The notes under the pieces: model-generated | Database searches by the model: none | What the model was told of the DNA's origin: nothing | The model's input: only the letters and a program-made list of their open reading frames with translations | Program-made: the position numbers and the translations under genes | Assembly (NCBI GenBank): GCA_036172245.1 | Contig: JAYWIR010000001.1 | Coordinates: 9,858,001-9,922,000 of the forward strand | DNA from: Raillietiella orientalis | Taxonomy: Eukaryota | DNA: 64,000 bases | Reading direction: 5' to 3' | Part shown: piece after piece, positions 47,889 to 59,700 of the stretch | Layout: each line of letters opens with the position of its first letter | How positions within the stretch are numbered: position 1 is the stretch's first letter

Positions 47889-48811
47889 CGAGGCTCATCT
47901 CAAAGGCAAGAGCCGATCGGATATGAAGAAAGAACAAATAAGAGAAACAAAAATGTACTGGTGGTACGAAACACAAGCATCCCTATGTCATTTTTCCACG
48001 TGGTGGCCATTTTTTTTCAATCACTTTTGATCTCGTGGAAGAAGCTTCTTAAAACCCTCTGCATGAAATTCCTCCATCTGGGAGTTCAACCAGTTCAGCA
48101 ACATTGCAGTTTTCAGCTCCTCCCTTCCCCCCTCGAATCGTTGAGCCACTTCTTGAGGTGCAGGAAGACGTGGTAGTCAAAACAAGAGGCGCGAGGTCAG
48201 GACTGTAAGGTGGGTGATATTGAAAAGTTCCCATTTGAATTTCTGAATTGTCTGGAATCTGCGGACGCATTGCCAAGGCGCGCGTTGTCAAGGAGAACAA
48301 GTTCTGATCTCAGGATTCCACGTCTTCGGTTCTGCTGAATGGCACGCCGCAGTTTTGAAAGTGTTTCGCAGCAGACTTGAGAAGAGATGGTTGTTCCAGG
48401 CTCCATAAATTCCGCCAAAAGCACACCCTTCTGATCCCAACATTGCTGTCCTCACATTCCAGACAATTCAGAAATCCAAATGGGAACTTTTCGATCATCC
48501 ACCTTACAGTCCTTCCCAGTGACTACCACGTCTTCCTGAACCTCAAGAAGTGACTCAGCGATTCGAGAGGGAAAGGAAGGAGTTGGAAACTGCAGTGCTG
48601 ATGAACTGGCTGAACTCCCAGATGGAGGAATTTCATGCAGAGGGTTTTCAAAAAGCTTCTTCCACGGTATTAGAACTGTCTGAGAAAAAAAAAACGGCGA
48701 CTACGTAGAAAAATGACAGGGGGATGTACGTGTTTCAAGCCACTCATACATTTTTGTTTCCCTTCCTCTTTCTTTGTATCCGATCGGCTCTTGCTTTTGA
48801 GATGAGCCTCG
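47889..48811. mobile_element. Non-autonomous mariner derivative (923 bp) with long inverted arms 47889-48258 and 48456-48811, flanked by TA
   Basis: TA-CGAGGCTCATCTCAAA ... TTTGAGATGAGCCTCG-TA ends. Minus-strand transposase remnant WDQKGVLLAEFMEPGTTISS..L.KLRRAIQ..RRG..LDNAR and HPPYSPDLAP. Confidence 0.92.
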
Positions 48812-50676
48812 TATTTATGATCCACACTCCTATGTGATCCGCGGCCTGAAGCAATATCGTCTATTGGATAATGTATTCGAATCAAACTGCTTTACTTCCT
48901 AAAATTAACTAAAAACCTTCTTTCGAGGAGCATTCGTTGTAAGAAATGCTGCCTTTCCTATTTTTGGTTCACAAAATACAAACTGTTTATATCAGAAAAC
49001 ACCAGCCTTCAGAATCGAACTCACAAACAGCCTCTTAACTCCTCGATCTGCTTCAAACAATCGCAAACATTCTTCGCAAACTTCAAACATTGAGAATACT
49101 TGGTATTTAAAATGCATAAGTGCATCTTGTTTTATTGTCCACTTCAGGAAACTCCCCATGTGTAAAAAAATGCAAGACAATGTGAAGAAAAAACTAAGAA
49201 CTTGAGAATGCAAATTGAGGTATGGCGACCTAAAGGCTTCTATCTCCTCCGACTGATCTCCATCAACAAAGTTATAGCGTCCCACTTCATCGTCAGCTGT
49301 AAAAGTTTAGAATACACAGACAAAGTCAGAAGAACGCGAGTCGTTTATGCTGCTTGCAGGTTTCGTTTGCTGCGAAAAAGACTAAGGAAACAAAAGACAA
49401 AAACTGCGGTGCTTCCCCAGAGCGGATCTTATGGAGTGAGAACCTGTTTTGAAATTCTCGCTTTGTTTTGGTATCCTCCCATTCACTGAAAAGGTCTTCC
49501 ATGGTATACCTGTGAGTCCAAAATAATTTCGTACATACCTGTGTAGTTCATGCTCGAGCAGCTCCGTGGAGAGGAGGGCTGCGTTGGAAACTGGAAATTT
49601 CGTGCTTAAGACGCCCAGCAAAAGAAGCTTTTGATCTCGAGGGAAAGCTTTGGATTACCAGCATTACGCTGCTATTGACCGTCGGCCCTCTCTTGCTACT
49701 TGTACCGAAATGCAGTAAACTCTGTGAAGGGTAACACTTATAAGCAAGCAGCATGCACTTCAGTGGTTCCGTTGTGATTCGACTGCCTACTGCTTGTCTT
49801 ACATGTCTCTCTACAGCTACCCGCTAATCTTTTGAGAAAATGAATTTGCGATTGAGTTATTCGTCCCCTGCCCTACGTAAAAGTATTTGCACGTAGTTCA
49901 CAATGTGAAAACAAGTCTTCTCACATTGTGAGCTCAGCCATTCGTGCGACCGCTGTTTTGGTTTTGAAAGTGTTCTTCAGAAAATAAAAGAGTAGTTGTA
50001 GAGCATTCTTTCCCCCGAGGTCGCTGCATTCTGTTCCGAGCAGTCCGTTCTGCTTAGTTCCAATCGTATTCTTTCCATCCTGAGATCTCATATACTCGTA
50101 TTATATGTGCTATTCAGGGTAGGCAGAAAGTTCCAAATACTTGGCATCGTAGCGCAGTAAGATCGAAAAGTGTTTGCATGCCATGTCTCTGACAGTGTTT
50201 ACTGATTTGTGCCTTTGCAAAAAAGTACACGGTATCGCCTTTTCTCAGTGAAATTGGAGATGGTTTCCATGGTAAGAGAAGAGGACAGCGCCTACTCCAT
50301 CCATTACCAAGCATCCCGAACACATTGCTGCCATCACTGCAAAGTAATTTGAGCACATTCCCTCCATTCCCTAGCGTCGAGAGCCGGGAACATCGAAGTT
50401 GTCGTCAAATCTGATATTGACGATAACGACATTGATGAGGCGAGGGGATTATGTGGCTACCCTGCTTATAGATAGCAAACAGATGAAAGCTGGGAAAAAG
50501 ATGGGCCACAGCCAGTTGCCGTGAATTTCAGAGGTCATTGTAACAGGATAATATCATACATAGTTCCTGTCACAGATTGTAAACTGCTCCATTCCTCCTG
50601 TGCCTCTGTTCTTGTAGGATATCCTTAACTTTCACTTGCGCTGTGCGACGCTTCGATCCGATGCAATGTCGGAACT

Positions 50677-50690
50677 GTAACCATGACAAC
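50677..50690 (+). promoter_or_regulatory. RFX X-box (GTAACCATGACAAC) upstream of CCDC39
   Basis: Matches the GTHNYYATRRNAAC consensus and ends about 100 nt before the CCDC39 ATG. A one-mismatch copy (GTTTCCATGGTAAG) lies at 50263-50276. Confidence 0.7.
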
Positions 50691-50793
50691 ATCGATTCAG
50701 CCGACTCGGACGGTTCGCTACACGGTATCAGGCAGCGCTTTGTACAATGAAGCAAAAATAAACGCAAGTACATTTGCAGGAAAATTATACAGG

Positions 50794-53700
50794 ATGACAG
50801 TGCGAACAAGTGAAATCTTAGAACAAATCGGGTGGGAGGATCACTTGGGAATCCCCATAGCAAATGAAGAAAACAAAATACTGATGAAACTGGTGAGCTG
50901 AATCGGTAGAATTTGACGTAGTTTTTGTGCGCGATGCCCCTTCCCCCCGAACTGTATCCCTAATGATGTTATTCAATGAAGCAGGAAACGGTCACTACAT
51001 GAACAGCATTGCCTGTCGGTAGTGCAATGATCCTGATTCTCAAATCCCTAACCGGGGCGGTTGCACAAAAATTCTCCGCGACTTGCACGTCCAGTCGGCA
51101 AATCTGCATTCGAATCGTGCACAGAATATGCCAGACCGAATGGCACTCTACTTTTTTTTTTCTTCTTCAAAAAGTGTTCAGTACTCTTAACGTTCGACAG
51201 AGGAAAACACGCACACTCTACGAATACAGCTATAGATTTGGGTGATGTACGTGCTGTACAGAGCCTTGTGCATCCACGTCGCGCCACGTGCTTCGCGCAA
51301 GCACATGGAAAGCTCCCCCCCCCCCTCTGCCCCCGTTCCGTGAAATTTATCCTCCTTCTCGTCTACAAGCCACCTTATCCAATATGTAAATATTATTCGT
51401 CTTTTAATTTACTTCTTTATCTGAATTCGGTGTTTCCCTTGATCGCAAATTTACAGGTGATTATTAGATTCCTCGATGTTCATTAAATGTTGCGATTCTT
51501 ATCCATCCGTCAGACATTATCCTCGGGTCAGGACAGATCGTTCAGGACCTTAAAACCACATTCATCAAAACGAAAATTCCCAAATTTCCTCGGTAGCCGA
51601 GATGACCGTCCCGATGGGCATCCAGTTGAGCGTGGGCGCCATCCGGTCGGTCAAACGCACCACCTCTTTAGTGAAGGGAAGCGGCACACCACGAAGTGCA
51701 ATAAATGTGATGAATTAAATAAAGGAACACGTGATTCCATCATGGTGCCAAATGCTTCGGCGTCGGAGAGAATTTCTTCTGTGATGGCACCCCTTCTCAT
51801 AACAAATTCCTGCTTGGTTTCAAAGTTGCTGCTGCGTTTTCACAGACCGTTTTCCGTGCCGATGATTCTTGGAGGTCTTATCTGGAAACATCCCGGGGAG
51901 TACGAAAACACTTCTTGTGCTGACGTGTTCCGGAAGAGTACAGAGGAACGCAGGTGGGAGAACGTGCGCTAGAACGGGGCAGTGTACCGGAAAACAGCGA
52001 CGCAATGTACAAGCGGGGACTGCGTTACATACCGTCCAATTATGCGCACTTGTTACTTGCTACTAATGTAATGTAACCATGCAGAAGCACAGGCAAAGCC
52101 TTTTAGGATTCTGCCCTCTGCCATATTGTTTTTTTTTCCAAAACGACTCTAATTCTGATAGCTAAAAAAGGCACCTTTTGCGAAGAGTACATCCTAATCA
52201 GGCAGTCCATCAGCTGTTGAATTCATTTTTAATGATCCTTCCAGTATCAGTCCCAGACGCGCAAATGTCGTAATTTCCACTTCCTGGGCCATCAGCAAAA
52301 CAGGAAGAAGAAGGGAAAAAAAAAAACGGGAGCTCTTACGTTTAAAAACGTGACCGCAAGCACTTCAAGGCGTGGATGCGCCATTAAGTACAATCCGCCT
52401 TTCGTACCCTAGGTTATTTTTAGAATGTCATCAATGTATATTTTATGGAAGGAACGGAACAGAACCAGCCTTCAGAAATTGCCTCTGCCGACGGGAGCAA
52501 TAATTCGAGTTGCCCGATACGTGCGTTTAAACGACCTTTGGATGCGTCCCTTTGAAGCTTCCGGAAAAATCAAATGCAGACCGGTGAACGGATGGCCTCG
52601 TGTACCAAACTCGATCTCCATTCTTTTCGCCAATCCTTTTGCTCATCGCTTGCTCGTTTCTCTTGGTACACTCATCTCAGTGGCACTGAGAGCTGCACGT
52701 TTCGCAGAAAGTTGCGAAAATTTGAAAAGTTGGTTCCCGCGTAGATTTTCTCTGATTTGCCCCTGCGGGTGAACAACGACATTGGCCACGTGATGTGTGG
52801 CTGCTGGTCTATGGCAGGAGGGTCCTTTGCTCTGTTTTTCACCTTTGTTTTTGTTTTTTGTTTTTTCAATATTTCACACATTTCATGTGGTGTTCTTTTC
52901 TTCCTCTTCAGTTTTCTGCTTGAAATTCCTCTGGCATGTGCTTAGATTCGAGGGAAACACCAGTAACTTCAACATCCCTCCGTACTCATTCAGTTGCTTT
53001 TGAGCTCGGTGATGACAAAATACTCTAGTTATCCAGAAACTTCCAACCGCATAAATCATGGCATGGGGCAGCAGAAGATGCGAGTTCATTGACTAAACCG
53101 AAATGGCAGTTTTGCATGACTGTTGATTCGATGATGCAAAATAATCCCCGAATTTCAACAAGGAATGCTCTTCGTAACTAAACAAGTCAGATGCCTTAGA
53201 GAAAGGATTGGTTTCTTGTCCTGTATAAAGTTCTTAATTTTTTCGTTCTGCTGACGTTTGTGAATGGTTGTCTCGTGGGTCCGGAGACGTGGCTCCACGA
53301 GACAACCATGTTTAAGAGAAGATGAACCTAAATCGTGTTGTGGTACGGTGGTTACTCAAACCGTCTCAATCAGGTGGTTTATTGTCATGATAGCTTTTGT
53401 AGGACTTTGTTATGCTGTCGTGGGTACCATATGGGGAGCTCCGAAAGCTACAGGAAGAGGGCATCTTTGGTCATCACTCTTAATGACAGGAGCGGGCATC
53501 GTTCTGATCACCGTCTGCGGCATAGCGTGGCGGGTGACGTCACAAGATGCTCCCTCTTGCCGGATGATGCTAGGCTTCGGAAATGCCCTTGCTTGACGCT
53601 TTCGGAATTCCGAACGGAACAAATGTCTGAAACAAGATTGGAATCCAGAATTACTTTTTTTTTTAGAAAATAGAATGAAATATTTTTCATTTCCTTTGAG

Positions 53701-56700
53701 AACACCCTCAAAGGGGACCACTCTGCTAAAATATCTGATCTTCACAACCGCCACTTTCCATGCCACTCCCTTTGATAAGAAGCTCTATTATCTGGTTACC
53801 AAGACATGGCAATTCCGTGCAGCAAACACTGCCAGAGATCCAGGGTCTTTATAACGCAGTGTATAGCAAGAGACGGATTCCCGTTGCCATGTATTGATAT
53901 CCTGATCTCATTGCAAGTGTGTCTCTTGAATCAAAATTTCATTCTATTCAGCTTTTTCTATTTCTTTATTATTTATTCTATTCTTTTCAATATTTTTCGA
54001 GTTTCTTAAACAGGCAAGTAGATTCCATCCTCATTGGTTATGAGCAGTTTTCTTCATAAATATACACTAAATCCAGCTTCTGCAAAAGCCTTTAAAACAC
54101 TGGAGGACTGAACCGTTTATCTCCGTGCTCGGTGGTTGTTTTCTGTGTAAACCCTCAGTTTAGAAGAGAAACATTATAAATTCTTTGTTCAGCGTTTTGC
54201 CACACGACTTTGTCACGTCCATTCAGCTTTTCGCCTTCTCCATTGAGCCTTCTTTCTTTGAATCATACATTTCCAAATTAAACGTCGATGGTCTCGAGCT
54301 TGCCTCTTATTCTTCCTCATATGATACTAAAACTGTGGTCAGCGTTCCCTAATCCCGAAATCTTCAAGATGTTCATTCACAATCATTCAGAAAGCCCACA
54401 GCTTTCTGGCAAAATAGAAAGTAATCTGAAAGAAATTTCTTTCGGATCCATTTCTTTAAGCAACCAGCACCGCTTCAGTGGAATTTGCTTACATGCAAAT
54501 GTACTTGTGTTGCTTTCAATTCTGCTGCTTTCCATCTTCGCGATTTTGGCAAAATCCGATTTGACCCAATGGCGTAAGTGGCGACACGAGAAAGTCTTGC
54601 ATGCTTGCAGCTATAAAAAATAAATAAATAAGCACCGGTCCCTATTGATCCTGCCCGCATGAATCTTCTGCAAGACTGTCTCATGAAAAAGAATGTCTAA
54701 AACGAGTTGCCATTTTCATCCTTCTTTTGTAAACACGAAACGCTTTCTCTTTCAACTCGACTAGCTCAAAGTACTTTAGAAACCATTGCTTGTCTTTTCG
54801 AATTCATCAGAGCTTTTATGGAAGCGAGGCAACACATTCAACACTGAGGGGATTTCGGATCCAGGACGCATTTTGTGTTTTGAAAAAAAGCAACTGGGGG
54901 GGGGAAAAACGAAAGCGATCCGGGATATGAAATTACTGCTCGATTTGTTTCTTTGCTCCAGAATAGGAACGGGAACAAGGTTTACTTTATTTGTGATTGG
55001 GAGTCTTTCTCGTGCCATCAACAGGCAGCTTAGCTGGTCGCTCTCGTGTAAGAGAGAGGCGATTCTCACGCACGTTTACTTCTAAGAAAAGAAATGCCCT
55101 TATCGAGAGAGAGAGAGAAAGACTGCGTTTTATGGTACGTGAACCACAGTTGTATACATCAGTCATAATGCGGTGTGTACTTTCACATGCGATACTCGTA
55201 ACTGAGGTCTGCTTAAACAGGCAGGTGGAAACACAGCTCATTTTAAGCATTGCACCTTCTCCCATATCGGGTTGCGATAGGAGTTGTGTGACGGTGTCAC
55301 AGCGACAGAGTGCACGACCCACCGTGCTGAGCAGAAGATGCAGAGAGGGCAACCGGGACTTTGCATGAATTTGCGAAATGGAAATCGAGGCAGCTCACCA
55401 TGTTCTTCTCGGTGGGCAGGCCCCACTGCAAATTTATCCTCAAAGTTGAAACCTCGAGGAGCAGATCTCTCTCATTCCGTTGAACGAATGTTGTAGAATG
55501 AGTAGCGCTGTGGCTGTGGGGACCGGAAATGATGTTAGTTTTCAGCTTCGCCATTCCACAACAGTGATAGCATTTGAATGCGCATCGGACTCCAAGAAAA
55601 TAGCAGTATTCGAACGTTCAAAGAACTGCATCCTTAAAAGTGGCAAAAACATCCTGATGAGGGCCTGCATTGGAACGCTGCGTGATACCAAGAGTTACGG
55701 GTTCGAATCCCGTCCAGGGAAAGATCGACGCCGAAAACCGAAGGTGCATCATGGGATTCGAGTCTCCCCCGCGGGATAACGCCTCTTGGCCCCACGGGCT
55801 TCGAGCGCGTCAACGGTGGAAGCCGGATGCCCCCGTTGACTCTCTAGGGCTGAAGGTTGACACTCTGAGGTCCTTCCAGGAATCAAGGAACCCTTCAGGG
55901 TTCCCCTCCGGTGGTGAAGATGGATACGTACGATGGAGCTGGTCGATATCCCCCTTCGGGGGTCTCCTCTCCAGAGTGTCAGAAGAGTGCTGCTCCCTTA
56001 GAGGAGCGCCTTCAAGGAAAATTGGGAGATGTCCTTTCGGGGTTCTCTTCAGAGGAGGAAAAGAAACAATGGACCTTCTCCCCCCTATCCACAAACCGAG
56101 GGTCCCTCCGTAGAGAACGGGCAAAAGGTTCCCTCGGGAGACAAAATATCGGTTGGATCTTCACCATGCACGTTCAGAACAAGCCGACGAAAGGAATGTT
56201 TCACACACATGAGTTCGCTATGCACATATAGATGATATGATGGCGCATTATACAGTCTTTCAATGCCACAGAAGTGTATGCGTACGATATTCTCCTCCAT
56301 GGGGGTTACTCTGGTTCTCGTCGACCAAAAGACTCAATACGCGAGAGTCGCTCACTGAGGAACTGGGAGAGACGGAGGAAGGATGCGAACCCCGACGAGA
56401 GAGGATTTCACGAGGGCACTCACGCACAGTAGCTTCACGCAGACGCCGGTCTTGAATCTTGCGAAGCAACGGTTCCACACCTCTCGTACAGAAGCCTTCA
56501 AGTGGAAGTTTGCTGATGAGGAACCTTGCGTCCACTAAGTCAAATGCGATCGCGTTCTTCCCTCCCCTTCCTCCTCCTCCTCCCCAACCCCAGCTCAGTT
56601 GAGGATGCGAGCAAAGAGTCAGTTGTTGTATCTTTTGATCTCAGATCGAGGAAGAGGAAAAGCGTGTCGCTGATGTGAAAGAAGAGCTGGCGACAACGAA

Positions 56701-59700
56701 AAGACGTATCTCTCTCATTGAAGAGAGGTACAAGTGTGTGCTCCAGGAGAAAGAACAGCTATCGGTAAGCTCTTCTTCGTCCACCACCTCATTTGTAGGA
56801 TCTGAACTGGTAGAAGATCCGCTGCGCAAGGGAGAAAGAGCTCCAGACGGAAGAACACCTCGGACGCCTAGCGACCTCCGAGTGCAACCGCCTGAGTTCC
56901 CTCTTGAAGGAAGCCCAGAAGAAACTGGACGGCAAGAACGGCCGGGTCACCGCTTACAAGGTCTCTTGCCGCAGCGGCTTCCGTTCGTCTCTGACGTGCT
57001 GGGGTCCTCACGAAAGAAAGAGATCGCTCGTCAAGAGAGGAAGATCGAAGGTCTCGAGAAGCAAATCCAGGTGGACGACCTGCTCCTGTCCGAATGGATG
57101 GAGAAGACGCTGAAAGCGGACGAAGCCAACGTGACTCTCCTCCGGTACGCCCAGTTCGACAACGCCGCTGTTAAGGTAGAGAAGAGAGGAAGGGGAGGGG
57201 GACGGGGTCGAGACCGGAAAGCTGCGAACGGCAGCGCTCCTTGAAAAGGAAGTCGTCCTGAAGCTGGAGAGGGCGAGCGAGGAGAGGAGGCAGAAACTGG
57301 ACGCGCTGCACCGGTTGACCACGGAGGTCCAGGTGCAGAAGGTGAGGGGCGAGAGGGGAAGCGTCCACCAAAGGTGCGTCAGCTGAAACTAGAAAAACAA
57401 GGAGAGGAGTACAGGAAGCTGCACCGGGAAAGGAAGGGCGTTCTGGAGCGGTGGGAGGCCAACGTCCGGGAGATCCTGAAGAAGGACGACGCGATCCAGA
57501 GGGCGCAAGAGGTGGCAAAAAGAGCGTGGGGGACTCCGTTAGCACCTGCGCATGGCGATCCCCCCGCAGGAACTCGGGGAGTCCCGGGACCTGCAGAGCT
57601 TCTGGAAGGACAAGGTGAAGGAAAGCGAGGCCTTCCTGCGGAACGAGGAAAGGAGCAACCGGGATGCAGGGAGCCGCCTCCGCGCCGTGAGCAACTCCAA
57701 CTCCCGGCTGAGGGAGGAGATCCGGCGGAAGGAGGAGGAGAAGGCCTCCCTGGGAGGAGAAACGCGGTGCCTGGAGGCGCTGTTGCGGCGGACCAGGCAG
57801 ACGCTGGGCCGCCTGCATGCGGGGCGTGCGCAGCTGCTCGAGGAGAAGGAGAGGGCGGGGCGCGCGCTACTGCTGCGGGAGCAGCAGAATGAGGAGCTGG
57901 AGAGGAGCCTGCTGGAGGCCCGGGCATCGTGCGCCGGCGCGGAGAGGACCGCCGAGCGCGTGGCCGGCGTCCTCGCCGCGGAGGAGGAGCTGCGCCGCCA
58001 GCTGGAGCGCGAGCGGGAGAGAACCATGGAGCTGCGCTTCCGCAAGGCGGAGGAGCTGCGCGCCGCGGAGGACGAGAGAAGGAGGAAGGAGGAGTTCCTC
58101 AAGGGGCTGGCCGTCTGCAAGAAGACCCTGGAGAAGAGGAGCAGGGAGGCGAAGGTCCACCTGGCGCGCAAGAGGGAGCTGGTCTACCGGCAGGCAGGTG
58201 GACGGGCGGAAGGAATGGCCTCCAGACGGGAGTGGCTGCACCGCAGGAGGTGAACATCGAGGGGCTGGAGAAGAAGCTGAAGCTGATGGAGGGCCGCGCG
58301 GACACGGATGAAAGCGAGGCACTGCGGCGCCAGCTGACCCAGAGGCGCGAACAGAGGGACGCCTGCCTGGCGGCGCGGAGCACTCTCGCCGCGCAGACCG
58401 CCCAGCTGCAGGTACGGCGCGCGCACCTCCACTCCCCCTCCCTCCTCCTCCTCCAGGAGCAGTTGAAGAGGATCGCCCTGGACTCGGAGAGACTGCACAG
58501 GCTCCGGGAGCAGCTATTTCAGGAGGCGAAGCTGCTGAACCTGGAGACGGACCGCATGGAGACGGAGGTGCAGCAGCTGACAGGTGGATGCGGCAGCGGC
58601 AGCCGCCACTCCGCAGAACAGGAAGGGGGGCAACTCGCTCGCACGCTCCAGGCCAGAAGCGCGAGCTGCTGCTTGCCGAGAACCTGCTGAAAGTCAAGCT
58701 GAGGAAGTTGCAGAGGGAGGCCGGGAGCAGCGCGGACAAGGTCTACGCACTGGAAAAGGGGAAGCTAGAGATGGAGATGGGAAGTTGAGGGGGAAGGGGT
58801 CGGGCGCGGACATTGCCCTCTCGCTCCGCCCTGCAGGAGGTCTCTGAGAGGCGCCTGGAGCTGCAGCAGCAGGAGGAGGTGCTGCGTGTCCAGCTGAGGC
58901 TGGCGAGCGAGGAAAGGCGCGCGCTCAACAAGGAGGCGGTCGACAGGATGGGCAGGATCGACCGCTACAAGAAGAGGTAGGCGGAAAAACCTGCATCCCC
59001 GCCGGGGACCGCTGCCACCGACTGACGGCGACGTAGGTACCAGATACTCATGGAGACCATGGCCGCCGCCGGCGACGCCCACCCAAAGACCGAGAGCTCC
59101 CTTATCGTTCAGGTAAAGCCTCGGGCGGGGCCCAGGATCCCGTGGCGGTGGCGTCCAGGCCTACGAGCGAGAAAGGGCGGGGCGGATCTCCGTCTAAGGT
59201 TCGTCTCCGCCCTAAGAGGGCGGCAGGGAAGGAGTTTCCGACGGAAGCGCTCAGGTGCCGAGTGAAGTCGCAGCCGGGAGTCCTTCATGTGCTTGAAAGA
59301 GTGGACGGGGAGCTAAGAGAAAGAGGACTCACTGAGAGAAGCCGCATTCGGGTACCCTCTGCAGTCCCGCAAGGAAAGGGCGGAGGCTGAGGAGCGCCAC
59401 GCCCGAGCCGCCTCGAGCGAAGGACTGTGATCCCCCGGCCGCGGTTCCGGGAGGCGTGACAGGGGTCTAGGCGCCGGAAGAGGGAGGGTGGGAAGTCGGG
59501 GGAGGAGGCTGGGTATGCGCGAAACCAAACGGAAGACCTCGGAAGGAACCTTCCCTCTCTCCCCAAAGAGTAGCCCCACATCGACGTGGTGCCCATCGAC
59601 ATGCTGACGGCGTCGACGCTGAGAACCTCACGTTCAAAGGAATCTCCATCCCCCCCCCCCCCCACCTCTTGCACTTCTGGCCACAATGATGCACCGCCTC

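Noticed and set aside
55655-55780. Functional tRNA gene
   Set aside because: Only the T-arm/B-box is intact; no convincing acceptor stem, D-arm or anticodon arm.
58786-58788. Selenocysteine or readthrough at the in-frame TGA in CCDC39
   Set aside because: Readthrough would insert 19 non-coiled-coil residues into a segment that aligns gap-free without them; the stretch has intron-like ends and length.
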